A stretch of DNA of 42,336 nt from Pseudomonadota bacterium (GTDB taxonomy: Bacteria > Myxococcota_A > Bradymonadia > UBA4248). The notes under the pieces were generated by a model. The model made no database searches. It saw nothing but the letters and a program-made list of their open reading frames with translations, and was not told the origin of the DNA. Shown piece by piece: positions 7,968 to 17,070 of the stretch (positions within the stretch are counted from its first letter, which is position 1; every line of letters begins with the position of its first letter). The position numbers were made by a program, and so were the translations under genes. Location: positions 1 through 42,336 of the forward strand of contig JAFUEE010000179.1 in the NCBI GenBank assembly GCA_017464085.1, read 5' to 3'.

Positions 7968-9470
7968 ATGAATAAAATCAGTTGGCTCATGAGTTTGGTT
8001 GCCGTTTCAGTGTGCTGCATGTATGGCTGCGACAGTGGCGACACAATCGTCTTCGGGCAAGCCAATGATGTCGGGGATACGACTGCCGGCGATAAGGACG
8101 GCGTTGACAAGACCGACGGCTGTGAGAAAGGCCAGAAATATGTAGATGGCAAGTGCTATGACATAAGCAATTACTGCGAGATGGATTCAGATTGCAGGGA
8201 TGGGTATATCTGCAAATCTAATGTCTGCACGAAAAAAACATCAAGCAGCGCAATTGCTTCCTGCTCCGATCATAAGAAAAATGGGGATGAGGCAGATGTT
8301 GACTGCGGCGGTTCATGCGGCGGATGTGCTGTAAATATGCACTGCAATGCGAACGCTGACTGCATGAGTAACCGTTGTGACGGCGGCATCTGCAAGGCTG
8401 TCGAGCAGTGCGCGGGTGGCAGCTGTGATGTCGAAGTCGCTCCATGTGCGGACGGCAGCTGTGATGTCGAAGTCGCTCCATGTGCGGACGGCAGCTGTGA
8501 TGTCGAAGTCGATCTATGCAAAGACGGCAAGCGTTCCGGCAATGAATCCGATGTCGACTGCGGCGGGTCTTGCGCGCTCTGCGTGGATGGCAAGTCCTGC
8601 AATTCTGGTGCGGATTGTGAGAGCGGTATGTGCGATGGAGTTTGTGTCTCCTGCTCGGATGGCATTCACAATGGCAATGAGGCCGATGTCGATTGCGGCG
8701 GTGCATGCGGAAAATGTGCGGACGGCGCAAAGTGCAATTCAAAAGAGGATTGTGCCAGCGGTTTCTGTGACGGCAACATGTGTGTTTCGTGCAACGACGG
8801 CATCCGCAATGGCAATGAAGCCGATGTGGACTGTGGTGGCCGATGCGGTGCCAGCTGCGCGGCGGATAAGCGTTGCAATACAGATAATGACTGCGAAACA
8901 TATAACTGCGTCGAGCAGATCTGCCGGCCCATTGATTGCCCGGATAAGGCCGAGGTCGGGGATATTATTATTAATGAAGTGTTTTCCAATCCCGACACGA
9001 ATGCAATAATGCAGCATTCCAACAATAAGCAGATGAAATATATCGAGCTCTATAATAAGTCCGACAAGACATTGCAACTCTATAACCTCTCTTTGACATA
9101 CGCCGGAAATGAAGTGCGTGCAAAGGGCTGCATCCCTGCCGGGAGCTATCTTGTCATTTATCCTGCGGGACAAAACCTCACAGCCCTCGACATCGACGCC
9201 AAAACTCTGGCTTCCGACAACATTGATGCGGCGATCAGCGCCATGTCCGGTGCGGTCAGGCTTGTGAAACGCGCAGACGGCGCGGTCATACATTCAGCGA
9301 CGGTGCCCGAGACCGAAAAAGGGACTTCCGCAGGCCGCGCAGCGGCAGAGGGCAGCAGCACAAATGACGAAGCCATGGTTCCGCATTCGTCGGTCAAGAC
9401 CATCGAATCTGGCGTTAAAAACCTCTATACACCGGGCCTGCCCAATAATGTCGGTTTCCCGATGGGGTAA
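7968..9470 (+). CDS. Cys-rich secreted lipoprotein with 5 'GNEADVDCGGxCGxC' modules and a C-terminal lamin-tail domain (LTD)
   Basis: The signal and lipobox are 'MNKISWLMSLVAVSVCCMYGC'. LTD-like segment: 'IIINEVFSNPD...KYIELYNKSDKTLQLYNLSL'. Confidence 0.8.
   Translation: MNKISWLMSLVAVSVCCMYGCDSGDTIVFGQANDVGDTTAGDKDGVDKTDGCEKGQKYVDGKCYDISNYCEMDSDCRDGYICKSNVCTKKTSSSAIASCSDHKKNGDEADVDCGGSCGGCAVNMHCNANADCMSNRCDGGICKAVEQCAGGSCDVEVAPCADGSCDVEVAPCADGSCDVEVDLCKDGKRSGNESDVDCGGSCALCVDGKSCNSGADCESGMCDGVCVSCSDGIHNGNEADVDCGGACGKCADGAKCNSKEDCASGFCDGNMCVSCNDGIRNGNEADVDCGGRCGASCAADKRCNTDNDCETYNCVEQICRPIDCPDKAEVGDIIINEVFSNPDTNAIMQHSNNKQMKYIELYNKSDKTLQLYNLSLTYAGNEVRAKGCIPAGSYLVIYPAGQNLTALDIDAKTLASDNIDAAISAMSGAVRLVKRADGAVIHSATVPETEKGTSAGRAAAEGSSTNDEAMVPHSSVKTIESGVKNLYTPGLPNNVGFPMG
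8418..8513 (+). repeat. In-frame 36-bp tandem repeat x about 2.7 (GSCDVEVAPCAD units) inside the LTD lipoprotein gene
   Basis: Two perfect copies and one partial copy of 'GGCAGCTGTGATGTCGAAGTCGCTCCATGTGCGGAC' are present at the nucleotide level. Confidence 0.85.
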
Positions 9471-9503
9471 TGGATACGCGGGGATATGCCGCGTTTGGGC
9501 ATG

Positions 9504-9647
9504 CGCCTATGCCTGACGGCATACGGCGCGCAAGTTCCACGGAACGTCTCTACATTTTGCTCGCCTATGCCTGACAGCATACGGCGCGCAAGTTCCACGG
9601 AACGTCTCTACATTTTGCTCGCCTATGCCTGACGGCATACGGCGCGC
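9504..9647. repeat. REP-like family D: 58-bp unit in tandem x 2.5 (each unit = GCGCC-TATGCC-tgac-GGCATA-CGGCGC hairpin + GTTCCacGGAAC palindrome)
   Basis: The array is a direct tandem with no unique spacers, so it is not CRISPR. Dispersed copies occur at about 30571-30627 and about 39235-39300. Confidence 0.8.
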
Positions 9648-9797
9648 TAGCTATGCTCGGATGCCAGTTGCTGAATGCCGGAAAAGCAGTGCTTCGTGAT
9701 GTTTGGGCTTCACATTCGGCGAATGGGGGATGTTTGCGTGTGTGGTGGTGTGGTAAAGTGGGTGATATGTGTGATATTTGTAATACATTGGATATGC

Positions 9798-9811
9798 TGG
9801 TGGGATATGCA
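9798..9811 (+). promoter_or_regulatory. Candidate sigma-54 (-24/-12) promoter TGGTGggatatGCA upstream of gdhA, within a cluster of GATATG direct repeats (9760-9815)
   Basis: The GG-N10-GC spacing and a TGGYR...TGCA approximate the TGGCAC-N5-TTGCA consensus. gdh is sigma-54/NtrC-controlled in several bacteria. This is speculative. Confidence 0.25.
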
Positions 9812-9956
9812 AATATTTTAAATAAACCTGAATAATATTCGGATTTAGCTTGTGTGTTTCCCAGAGTGCGCGTAAAGTGCGCGATATTGTGAGCGCTCGC
9901 AGGTGCAAAGCGCTGATACGTCCGAAGTGGACAGGACTTGCAGAGGGAGAGAGAAG

Positions 9957-11240
9957 ATGGCATTTAATCCTTTTGAAATGGCTCAAAAACAGTTCGATAC
10001 GGTTGCGGAACAGCTCAAATTGAGCAGCAGTATTCGTGCGCTCCTTCGCGAGCCTATGAGGGAATTTACATTCAGCCTTCCTATTCGTATGGATGACGGC
10101 TCAATGAGAGTGTTCAAGGGGTTCCGAGTCCAGCACAATGATGGCAGAGGCCCCTGCAAGGGCGGTATCCGCTTTGCACCAGGAGAGACGATCGACACGG
10201 TGCGCGCGCTTGCGACGTGGATGACTTGGAAATGCGCGGTGGTGGACATTCCGCTTGGGGGTGGCAAGGGCGGTATTGACTGTGACACGCATGAGCTTTC
10301 GATGACGGAGCAGGAGCGTCTTTGCCGCGCTTGGGTGCGCGCGCTTTCGAGCGAAGTCGGTCCGGTTCAGGACGTTCCGGCGCCTGACATGAACACGAAA
10401 GGCTATCACATGATCTGGATGCTCGATGAATATGAAGCGATTCATCATGGCAAATTCCCTGGGTTCATCACGGGCAAGCCCGTTGGGAGCGGCGGATCGC
10501 TTGGGCGTACGGAAGCGACAGGCTATGGTGTGATCTGCTGCCTGAATGAAGCGTGCAAGGCTTTGAGCATCGATATCGCGAAATCGACGGCGGCTGTGCA
10601 GGGGTTCGGCAATGTCGCGTACTATGCCTGCGAGCGTTATCTGAAACTTGGCGGCAAGCTGATCTGCGTGTCGTGCTGGGACAACAGCGACAAGTGTTCC
10701 TACACGTTCAAACGCACGAGCGGCGTGGATATCGTCGAGCTCCGTAAGATCACGAATGAGCATGGCGAAATCGACAAGGCACAGGCCAAGGCGCTTGGCT
10801 ATGAGATCCTTCCGGGCGATGAATGGCTCGCGCAGGATGTGGATATCCTTATTCCTGCGGCGCTTGAGAACCAGATTAACGCGAACACGGTGGGCAAGAT
10901 CAGGCCGGGCGTGAAGATTATTGCAGAAGGCGCGAACGGCCCGACGACGCCCGAAGCTGATGCCGTGATCAAAGAACGCGGAATCTTCGTGATCCCTGAC
11001 TTCCTGTGCAATGCAGGCGGCGTGACGTGCTCATATTTCGAGCAGGTCCAGTGCAATATGAACTATTTCTGGCCAAAGGACGAAGTCCTGACGAAACTGG
11101 ATCAGAAGATGGCGTCTGCGTTCCACGGCGTGTATGAGATGTCCGTCGAGAAGAAGGCTTATATGCGCGATGCGGCATACATGATCGCGATTGACCGCGT
11201 TGCGAACGCATGTGTTGCGCGTGGCTGGGCCATGAAGTAA
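9957..11240 (+). CDS. gdhA: NAD(P)-dependent glutamate dehydrogenase
   Basis: The start is ATG 9957 after GGAGAGAG. The catalytic region 'KGGIRF', 'GGGKGG' and the dinucleotide fold 'GFGNVAYY' are present, for a product of about 427 aa. Confidence 0.92.
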   Translation: MAFNPFEMAQKQFDTVAEQLKLSSSIRALLREPMREFTFSLPIRMDDGSMRVFKGFRVQHNDGRGPCKGGIRFAPGETIDTVRALATWMTWKCAVVDIPLGGGKGGIDCDTHELSMTEQERLCRAWVRALSSEVGPVQDVPAPDMNTKGYHMIWMLDEYEAIHHGKFPGFITGKPVGSGGSLGRTEATGYGVICCLNEACKALSIDIAKSTAAVQGFGNVAYYACERYLKLGGKLICVSCWDNSDKCSYTFKRTSGVDIVELRKITNEHGEIDKAQAKALGYEILPGDEWLAQDVDILIPAALENQINANTVGKIRPGVKIIAEGANGPTTPEADAVIKERGIFVIPDFLCNAGGVTCSYFEQVQCNMNYFWPKDEVLTKLDQKMASAFHGVYEMSVEKKAYMRDAAYMIAIDRVANACVARGWAMK

Positions 11241-11257
11241 GCTGAGTTTCTGAGTCG

Positions 11258-11288
11258 AAAAAAAGCGCCTGAATGGGCGCTTTTTTTG
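11258..11288 (+). terminator. Rho-independent terminator of gdhA (AAAAGCGCC-tgaatg-GGCGCTTTTTTT)
   Basis: A perfect GC stem is followed by a T7 tract. Confidence 0.85.
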
Positions 11289-11412
11289 TGCGGATAGTTG
11301 CCTTCCGGGATGTCGTTGAGCAGTTAATCAGATATCTGGTTTGAAAAAGCGCGAACTAAACGGTATAACGGCAGAAGATGGTGTTTTCGCCAACGACTTT
11401 AAGGAGATTAGT

Positions 11413-13893
11413 ATGAAAAAAGCCCGTATAGCGATTTTAGTGTGTATGCTTTCAGGGTGTTTTGCCGTGTGCGGGTGCGGAAGCAGTGACGTGATCATCG
11501 GCAATACCGGCGGAAGCGGCGGAAGCGGCGGAGGCAATCAGGATAAGCCTTGCGTCGGGGATGCGTGTGATACGGAGGATGCGTGTACGGCGGAGAGCTG
11601 TCCGGATGGAGAGTGCGTGGATGGTCAGTGTGTACCGGATTGCACGGGCGATTCCTGTGGCGAGCCGGAGACATGCACGTTTGAGACTTGTCCGGATGGG
11701 GATTGTGTAGACGGTGAATGCGTGCCGCGTGAGGAAACGTGCAATGCCGAGACATGCCCGAATGGAAAATGCATCGCTGGGGAGTGTGTCATACCGAAAT
11801 GCGATGCGCCCGATGCGGACAATGACGGCATATCCGATGAGAATGAGGGGCGTGCGGAGAATCGCGACAGCGATGGCGATACGGTGCCTGACTATCTGGA
11901 CGATGACAGTGACGGGGACACGATTCCTGATCGCATCGAGGCTGGTAATGAAGGCTGCGCCAACACAAAGCCGGTTGATACGGACAGCGATATGATTCCG
12001 GATTATCTGGATGATGACAGCGATGATAACGGCATTCCTGACAGCCTGGAAGCCGGCGCGAATCCTCAGAGCCCGATAGACACGGATGGGGATACGGTGC
12101 CGGATTATATCGATGATGACAATGACGGGGATGGCATTCCCGACATTCTCGAGATTTATGGCGAAGTCGTGAGCGGCGCGAATCTTCCGGAAGGCAAGAT
12201 CTCTGCGGATTGCGATGGGGACGGCCAGGCGGATGATGCTGGGACGGCAGAGAATCCGCGTGATTGCGATGCCGATGGCGTGCCTGACTATATGACGCCT
12301 GACAGTGACGGCGATACGCTTCGTGACGATTATGAAGGCAGCAGGCGCGTCGGGCCTTATCTTGCGAGATATTCGACAGACAGCGATTCCAATGGGATAT
12401 CCGACGCGGATGAATGCCGTGGGCAGATGTCTGATGGCTATCAGATCAGCTGTGCGGATACGGACAATGATACGGTTCCGGACTTCCTCGACCTGGATAA
12501 TGACGGCGATTCTCTGTCGGATGTGTATGAAATCGGCAAGGGATATGACCCGAATAATTCTGATTCGGACGGTGACGGCGCGGACGACCTGATCGAAATC
12601 GGGGCAGGGACAGACCCGAAGGATCCGAATGTGAATCCGCAGAGCGAGGGAAACTTCGTGTTCAAAGTGCCGTATAAGAAGAAAGCCGAGCCAGAGAAAC
12701 AGTCGCTGAGCTTCGCGACATCGGTCCAGACGGTGGATATTTACTTTGCCGTCGATACGAGCGGCTCGATGAGCGGGGAGATAAATACACTTAAGAGTGA
12801 GCTGCCTGCGATGCTTGAGGAGATGCGCTGCAAAGACCTTGGCCGTAATTGTGCGGACAATAATGACTGCGAAGGGCTGAATGGAGGGAAGGCGATCTGT
12901 AGCGAGTCTGGACGTTGTATTGTGGATCCGTCAGAAGGTGATGGTTGTTTTGCGGATATGTGGACGGGATTTGGCGTCTGGGGCAATGTGAACCGGTTTG
13001 AAAACTGGCAGTCTCTTGATGCGACGCCGTCAAACACGACGAAAGAACTGGGTAATGTAAAGTTAAATGATCAGGGAATGTCTGAAAATAGCATTCAGGT
13101 CGGGGCGTGTGTTTCAGAAGGCACGAAATACTGCAAGAATACATCGTCGATTAAATGTTATCAAGGAAGTGGTCGCGTTGGTTGTGTCGGTTTCCGCCAA
13201 GATGCGATTAAAATCTTGATTCAGGCAGGTGATGAGGCGAATTACGATTCTTCTGATTGGAGAGTGACAGATGCCAAGAAGACTGGGGATTCGCTGCGCA
13301 AGAATAATATCCGATATATCGGTCTGTACGGCTGTAGCGGGTCAGGTAGTAAGAAAAAATGTGAGGCACGAGATAAGGGGCAGGCGCAAGTGGCGTGCTG
13401 GGCAGGTTCGTGTGCAGCAGGCGGGAATTGTGCGGCATCTTGCGACAGCATCAGCTCAAGCGAGATGAGCGGGCTTTATCTGGCGGAGATTGCGGACGCG
13501 ACCATTCGCAGTGAGACGATCGCAAATGTGCGCAAGCTCGCGAAAGGCATGAACCTTCACATCACTTCGGGCGTGGAGGATGTGGACAAGGGGGCTGCGC
13601 AGCTCGTGAAGGAGCTGAAGGTGAACATCACGGATTCGGAAGTGCAGGGCCGTACGTGCACGAAAGTGAGCGGGATTTCCGGGGATACGTTCCAGTCGAT
13701 CGAGAAGCTTGCGCCGGGCACGAGCGTGTGTTTCGACGTGATTCCTGTGGACTATCAGGAGCTTTTCCCGCCGACGAACGAGCCTCAGGTGATCAAAGCG
13801 AGAATCAAGGTCATGGGCGACGGCTCGACGCTGAATTCGGGAATCGCTTATTTCCTTGTTCCGCCTGAGATTCAGGAAGAGCATATCAACTGA
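11413..13893 (+). CDS. TSP3-repeat / vWA-domain lipoprotein, paralog 1 (Cys-rich CPDGxC repeats; about 12 thrombospondin type-3 Asp-rich Ca-binding repeats; vWA metal-binding motif 'DTSGSM'; Cys-containing C-terminal domain)
   Basis: The start is ATG 11413 after AAGGAG. The lipoprotein signal is 'MKKARIAILVCMLSGCFAVCGC'. It is 60-70% identical to the next three genes, judged by eye. Confidence 0.85.
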   Translation: MKKARIAILVCMLSGCFAVCGCGSSDVIIGNTGGSGGSGGGNQDKPCVGDACDTEDACTAESCPDGECVDGQCVPDCTGDSCGEPETCTFETCPDGDCVDGECVPREETCNAETCPNGKCIAGECVIPKCDAPDADNDGISDENEGRAENRDSDGDTVPDYLDDDSDGDTIPDRIEAGNEGCANTKPVDTDSDMIPDYLDDDSDDNGIPDSLEAGANPQSPIDTDGDTVPDYIDDDNDGDGIPDILEIYGEVVSGANLPEGKISADCDGDGQADDAGTAENPRDCDADGVPDYMTPDSDGDTLRDDYEGSRRVGPYLARYSTDSDSNGISDADECRGQMSDGYQISCADTDNDTVPDFLDLDNDGDSLSDVYEIGKGYDPNNSDSDGDGADDLIEIGAGTDPKDPNVNPQSEGNFVFKVPYKKKAEPEKQSLSFATSVQTVDIYFAVDTSGSMSGEINTLKSELPAMLEEMRCKDLGRNCADNNDCEGLNGGKAICSESGRCIVDPSEGDGCFADMWTGFGVWGNVNRFENWQSLDATPSNTTKELGNVKLNDQGMSENSIQVGACVSEGTKYCKNTSSIKCYQGSGRVGCVGFRQDAIKILIQAGDEANYDSSDWRVTDAKKTGDSLRKNNIRYIGLYGCSGSGSKKKCEARDKGQAQVACWAGSCAAGGNCAASCDSISSSEMSGLYLAEIADATIRSETIANVRKLAKGMNLHITSGVEDVDKGAAQLVKELKVNITDSEVQGRTCTKVSGISGDTFQSIEKLAPGTSVCFDVIPVDYQELFPPTNEPQVIKARIKVMGDGSTLNSGIAYFLVPPEIQEEHIN

Positions 13894-13925
13894 TTGGCAG
13901 CTGGCCTGCTTTATCGTGGGGTGAA

Positions 13926-13958
13926 GCGAGCCGTCCGCAAGGGCGGCTCGCTTTTTTA
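13926..13958 (+). terminator. Rho-independent terminator after paralog 1
   Basis: GCGAGCCGTCC-gcaa-GGGCGGCTCGC followed by TTTTTT. Confidence 0.85.
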
Positions 13959-14063
13959 TTGGGGCAGAAAATTGCCGGGCGTATCGCGCAGCGATAGCAC
14001 GGCAAAGGCGGCCGTATGCGCCTTTGCGCATAGGCTGCCGCAGACAGGATGTCCTGATGAGGC

Positions 14064-14106
14064 AAAAAAAAATCGAAATCGGAAAAAACATCTGCTAAGT
14101 AATAGG
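14064..14106 (+). promoter_or_regulatory. Conserved A-rich upstream module (A9 tract ...ATCGAAATCGGAAAAAACATCTGCTAAGTAATAG) about 150 bp upstream of paralog 2; homologous copy 16941..16988 upstream of paralog 3
   Basis: The two intergenic regions share this module and neighbouring REP-like palindromes, so the duplication appears to have included the regulatory DNA. The A9/A8 homopolymer could slip. Confidence 0.4.
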
Positions 14107-14213
14107 CGTTTGCGATTTTGGACTGAATGTCCGGCTGGTTTTTAGACGTAGAAGCCCGTTCAACGTGTTGATGCGTTTTGTTGTGATGCCTATCCGTGGG
14201 CAGGAGATTTGAT

Positions 14214-16739
14214 ATGAAGAAAGTGCATCTCATGATGCTTGTCTGGTTGATTGGCAGCGCGTGTGCTGCGACCGGTTGCGATGAAAAGACGAGTGAAGAG
14301 GCGCAGAAGCAGGCAGAATGCGTGGGGGATGCTTGCGAGCCGTCGTGCACGCCGGAAAATTGTCCGGACGGCACATGTGAGGATGGCAAATGCGTGAAGC
14401 CGTGTTCAGGAAGTGCGTGTGGGACGGTGGAGACGTGCAGCGCCGAGACATGCCCGGACGGAGACTGTGTGGATGGGGCGTGTGTGCCTCGTGCTGAGTC
14501 GTGCAGCGCAGCGACGTGTCCAAATGGCAAGTGCATCCAGGGCGAATGCGTGATCCCGAAATGCGATGCGCCGGACGAGGATAATGACGGCATTTCGGAT
14601 GAGGATGAAGGGCGCGCGGAAAACCGCGACAGCGATGGCGATACAGTGCCGGATTATCTGGATGAGGACAGCGACGGGGACACGATCCCGGACCGCGTGG
14701 AAGCGGCGAATGACGGATGTTCGCGCAACAAGCCGGTAGATACGGACGGCGATGCGATTCCGGATTATCTGGATGAGGACAGCGACGATAACGGGATACC
14801 GGACAGCGTGGAAGCAGGGGCGGATCCGAAGAATCCGGTGGATACGGATGGCGACGGGGTGCCCGATTACCGCGACGATGACAATGATGGGGATGGATTT
14901 TCTGATATCCTCGAGATTTATGGTGAAGTGGCTGCCGGTGTGGAAGTGCCGGTGGGAAAGATTTCTTCGGACTGCAATGGCGATGGCGTGGCGGACGATA
15001 TGGGGACGCTCGATAAGCCGAGGGATTGCGACGGCGACGGGGTGCCCGATTACATGTCACCGGACAGTGACGGCGACTCTTTGCCCGATGCTTATGAAGG
15101 AAGCAAACGTGCTGGGCAGTGGCTCGCAAGATATTCGAAAGACAGCGACCTGAACGGCATTCCGGACAAGGAAGAATGCGGCGGGACGAAGGACGAGGCC
15201 GGGCATCAGACGGATTGCGTGGATACGGACGGGGATACGCTGCCAGATTTTCTGGATCATGACAACGACGGCGATTCGCTTTCGGACGTGTATGAGATCA
15301 GCAAAGGGTACGATCCCGGCAAAGCTGACAGCGACGGGGACGGCGCGGACGATCTGATCGAGGTCGGCGCTGGGACTGATCCGATGGATCCGAATGTGAA
15401 TCCGCAGAGCGAGGGCAACTTCGTGTTCAAGGTGCCGTACAAAAAGAAAGCAGAGCCTGAGAAGCAGTCGCTGAGCTTTGCGACTTCGGTGCAGACGGTC
15501 GATATCTATTTTGCCGTGGATACGAGCTCTTCGATGGGGGATGAAATCAAGACATTGAAGACTGAGCTCCCTGCGATGCTGGATATGATGCGCTGTCGTG
15601 ACCTTGAGCGTGACTGCGTCGCCAATTCGGACTGCAAGGATCTGAATGACGGCAAGGCGATCTGCAGTGTCGCTGGGCGATGCATCGTGGATCCCAATTC
15701 GGTTGTCGAGAAGAATCCTGAGACGAAACAGGATGAGGTCGTCGGGTGTTTTGTGGACATGTGGACGGGCTTCGGCGTGTGGGGCAACCTGAACACATTC
15801 AGCAACTGGCAGTCTCTGGATGCCGATCCGAGGAAGACGACGAAGGCGCTCGATATCGTCAATATGGATTCTCAAGGCGATAATGAAAACAGCGTCCAGG
15901 TGGGGGCCTGTGTGTCTGAAGGGCTCACCTATTGCTGCAGGAATATGGACAATGTGTGCACTCAGGAAGAGGCGCAGGTATGCCAGAATGAGGACAAGAT
16001 CAAGTGTTATGACGGCGATGACCGTATCGGGTGCGTGGGGTATCGAAAGGATGCGATCAAGATTCTGATTCAGGCTGGGGATGAGCGCAACTTTGAATCG
16101 GGCACTGTCGAGCAGAAGTGCTGGCGATACAGCAATGCTGAGCGGACGGGCACATCGCTTCGGAAGAATAATATCCGATATATCGGTCTGTATGGCACGC
16201 CTGAGGCGCGCGACAAGGGGCTGAGCCAGGTGGCTTGCTGGGCCGGCTCATGCGCGGCGGGCGGCAATTGCGCGCTTTCGTGCAATGTCATGTCAGACAG
16301 CGAGAAAGCGGGGCTGTATCTTGCGGCGATTCATAACGAAGATATCAAGGAAAAGACGGTATCTATGGTGCGCAAGCTCGCGAAAGGCATGAACCTGCAC
16401 ATCACATCTGGTGTCGAGGATATGGATGCGGATGCGTCCAAGCTCGTGAAAGGGCTTCAGCTGAATGTGACGGACGAGAGCGTTCAGGGGCGCAACTGCA
16501 CGAAGATAGACGCTTCGCTCGTATCCTCGGATGCTTTCCCGGGGATTGAAAAGCTTGCGCCGGGCACGACAGTCTGCTTTGATGTGCTGCCCGTCGATTA
16601 TCAGGAAATTTTCCCTCCGAAGGAGGAACCTCAGGTAAAGAAGGCCAAGATCAATATATTTGGTGACGGCTCGATGCTGAATTCGGGGATTGCGTATTTC
16701 CTCATTCCGCCTGAGATACAGGAGGATCAGGTCAACTGA
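14214..16739 (+). CDS. TSP3-repeat / vWA-domain lipoprotein, paralog 2
   Basis: The start is ATG 14214 after CAGGAG. The signal is 'MKKVHLMMLVWLIGSACAATGC', and it has the vWA metal-binding motif 'DTSSSM'. Confidence 0.85.
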   Translation: MKKVHLMMLVWLIGSACAATGCDEKTSEEAQKQAECVGDACEPSCTPENCPDGTCEDGKCVKPCSGSACGTVETCSAETCPDGDCVDGACVPRAESCSAATCPNGKCIQGECVIPKCDAPDEDNDGISDEDEGRAENRDSDGDTVPDYLDEDSDGDTIPDRVEAANDGCSRNKPVDTDGDAIPDYLDEDSDDNGIPDSVEAGADPKNPVDTDGDGVPDYRDDDNDGDGFSDILEIYGEVAAGVEVPVGKISSDCNGDGVADDMGTLDKPRDCDGDGVPDYMSPDSDGDSLPDAYEGSKRAGQWLARYSKDSDLNGIPDKEECGGTKDEAGHQTDCVDTDGDTLPDFLDHDNDGDSLSDVYEISKGYDPGKADSDGDGADDLIEVGAGTDPMDPNVNPQSEGNFVFKVPYKKKAEPEKQSLSFATSVQTVDIYFAVDTSSSMGDEIKTLKTELPAMLDMMRCRDLERDCVANSDCKDLNDGKAICSVAGRCIVDPNSVVEKNPETKQDEVVGCFVDMWTGFGVWGNLNTFSNWQSLDADPRKTTKALDIVNMDSQGDNENSVQVGACVSEGLTYCCRNMDNVCTQEEAQVCQNEDKIKCYDGDDRIGCVGYRKDAIKILIQAGDERNFESGTVEQKCWRYSNAERTGTSLRKNNIRYIGLYGTPEARDKGLSQVACWAGSCAAGGNCALSCNVMSDSEKAGLYLAAIHNEDIKEKTVSMVRKLAKGMNLHITSGVEDMDADASKLVKGLQLNVTDESVQGRNCTKIDASLVSSDAFPGIEKLAPGTTVCFDVLPVDYQEIFPPKEEPQVKKAKINIFGDGSMLNSGIAYFLIPPEIQEDQVN

Positions 16740-16768
16740 TCGGCATGAGGCGCATGCCGATGGATGCG

Positions 16769-16796
16769 AGGCCGCCCTTCGGGGCGGCTTTTTTTG
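16769..16796 (+). terminator. Rho-independent terminator after paralog 2 (GGCCGCCC-ttcg-GGGCGGC + T7), preceded by a CGGCATG/CATGCCG hairpin
   Basis: Seen directly in the sequence. Confidence 0.9.
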
Positions 16797-16940
16797 ATTA
16801 CTTTTTTGGTGGCATGAGACGGCGCTTTTGAGCGTGCTGCACTGCTTGAGCGAGAAAATAGTGGCAGCCGTGCGTATCGGCGCAGCCGATAGCGCGGCTG
16901 GGCGGCAGTATGCGCATGGCGCATAGGCCGCCCGACAATT

Positions 16941-16988
16941 AAAAAGCAAAAAAAATCGAAAAGGGTAAAAACATCTGCTAGATATAGT
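16941..16988 (+). promoter_or_regulatory. Second copy of the conserved A-rich upstream module, about 130 bp upstream of paralog 3
   Basis: See 14064..14106. Confidence 0.4.
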
Positions 16989-17070
16989 CGGATATGCTAG
17001 AGGCTTGTCTGTTGTCAGCACGGCATATTTTTGACCAGTTTGAAGAAAGTCCTTTTTCAGGAGAACGGAT

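Noticed and set aside
9504-9647. A possible CRISPR array, given the regular direct repeats
   Set aside because: The 58-bp units abut directly with no unique spacers, are dispersed elsewhere as single REP-like copies, and no cas genes are present.
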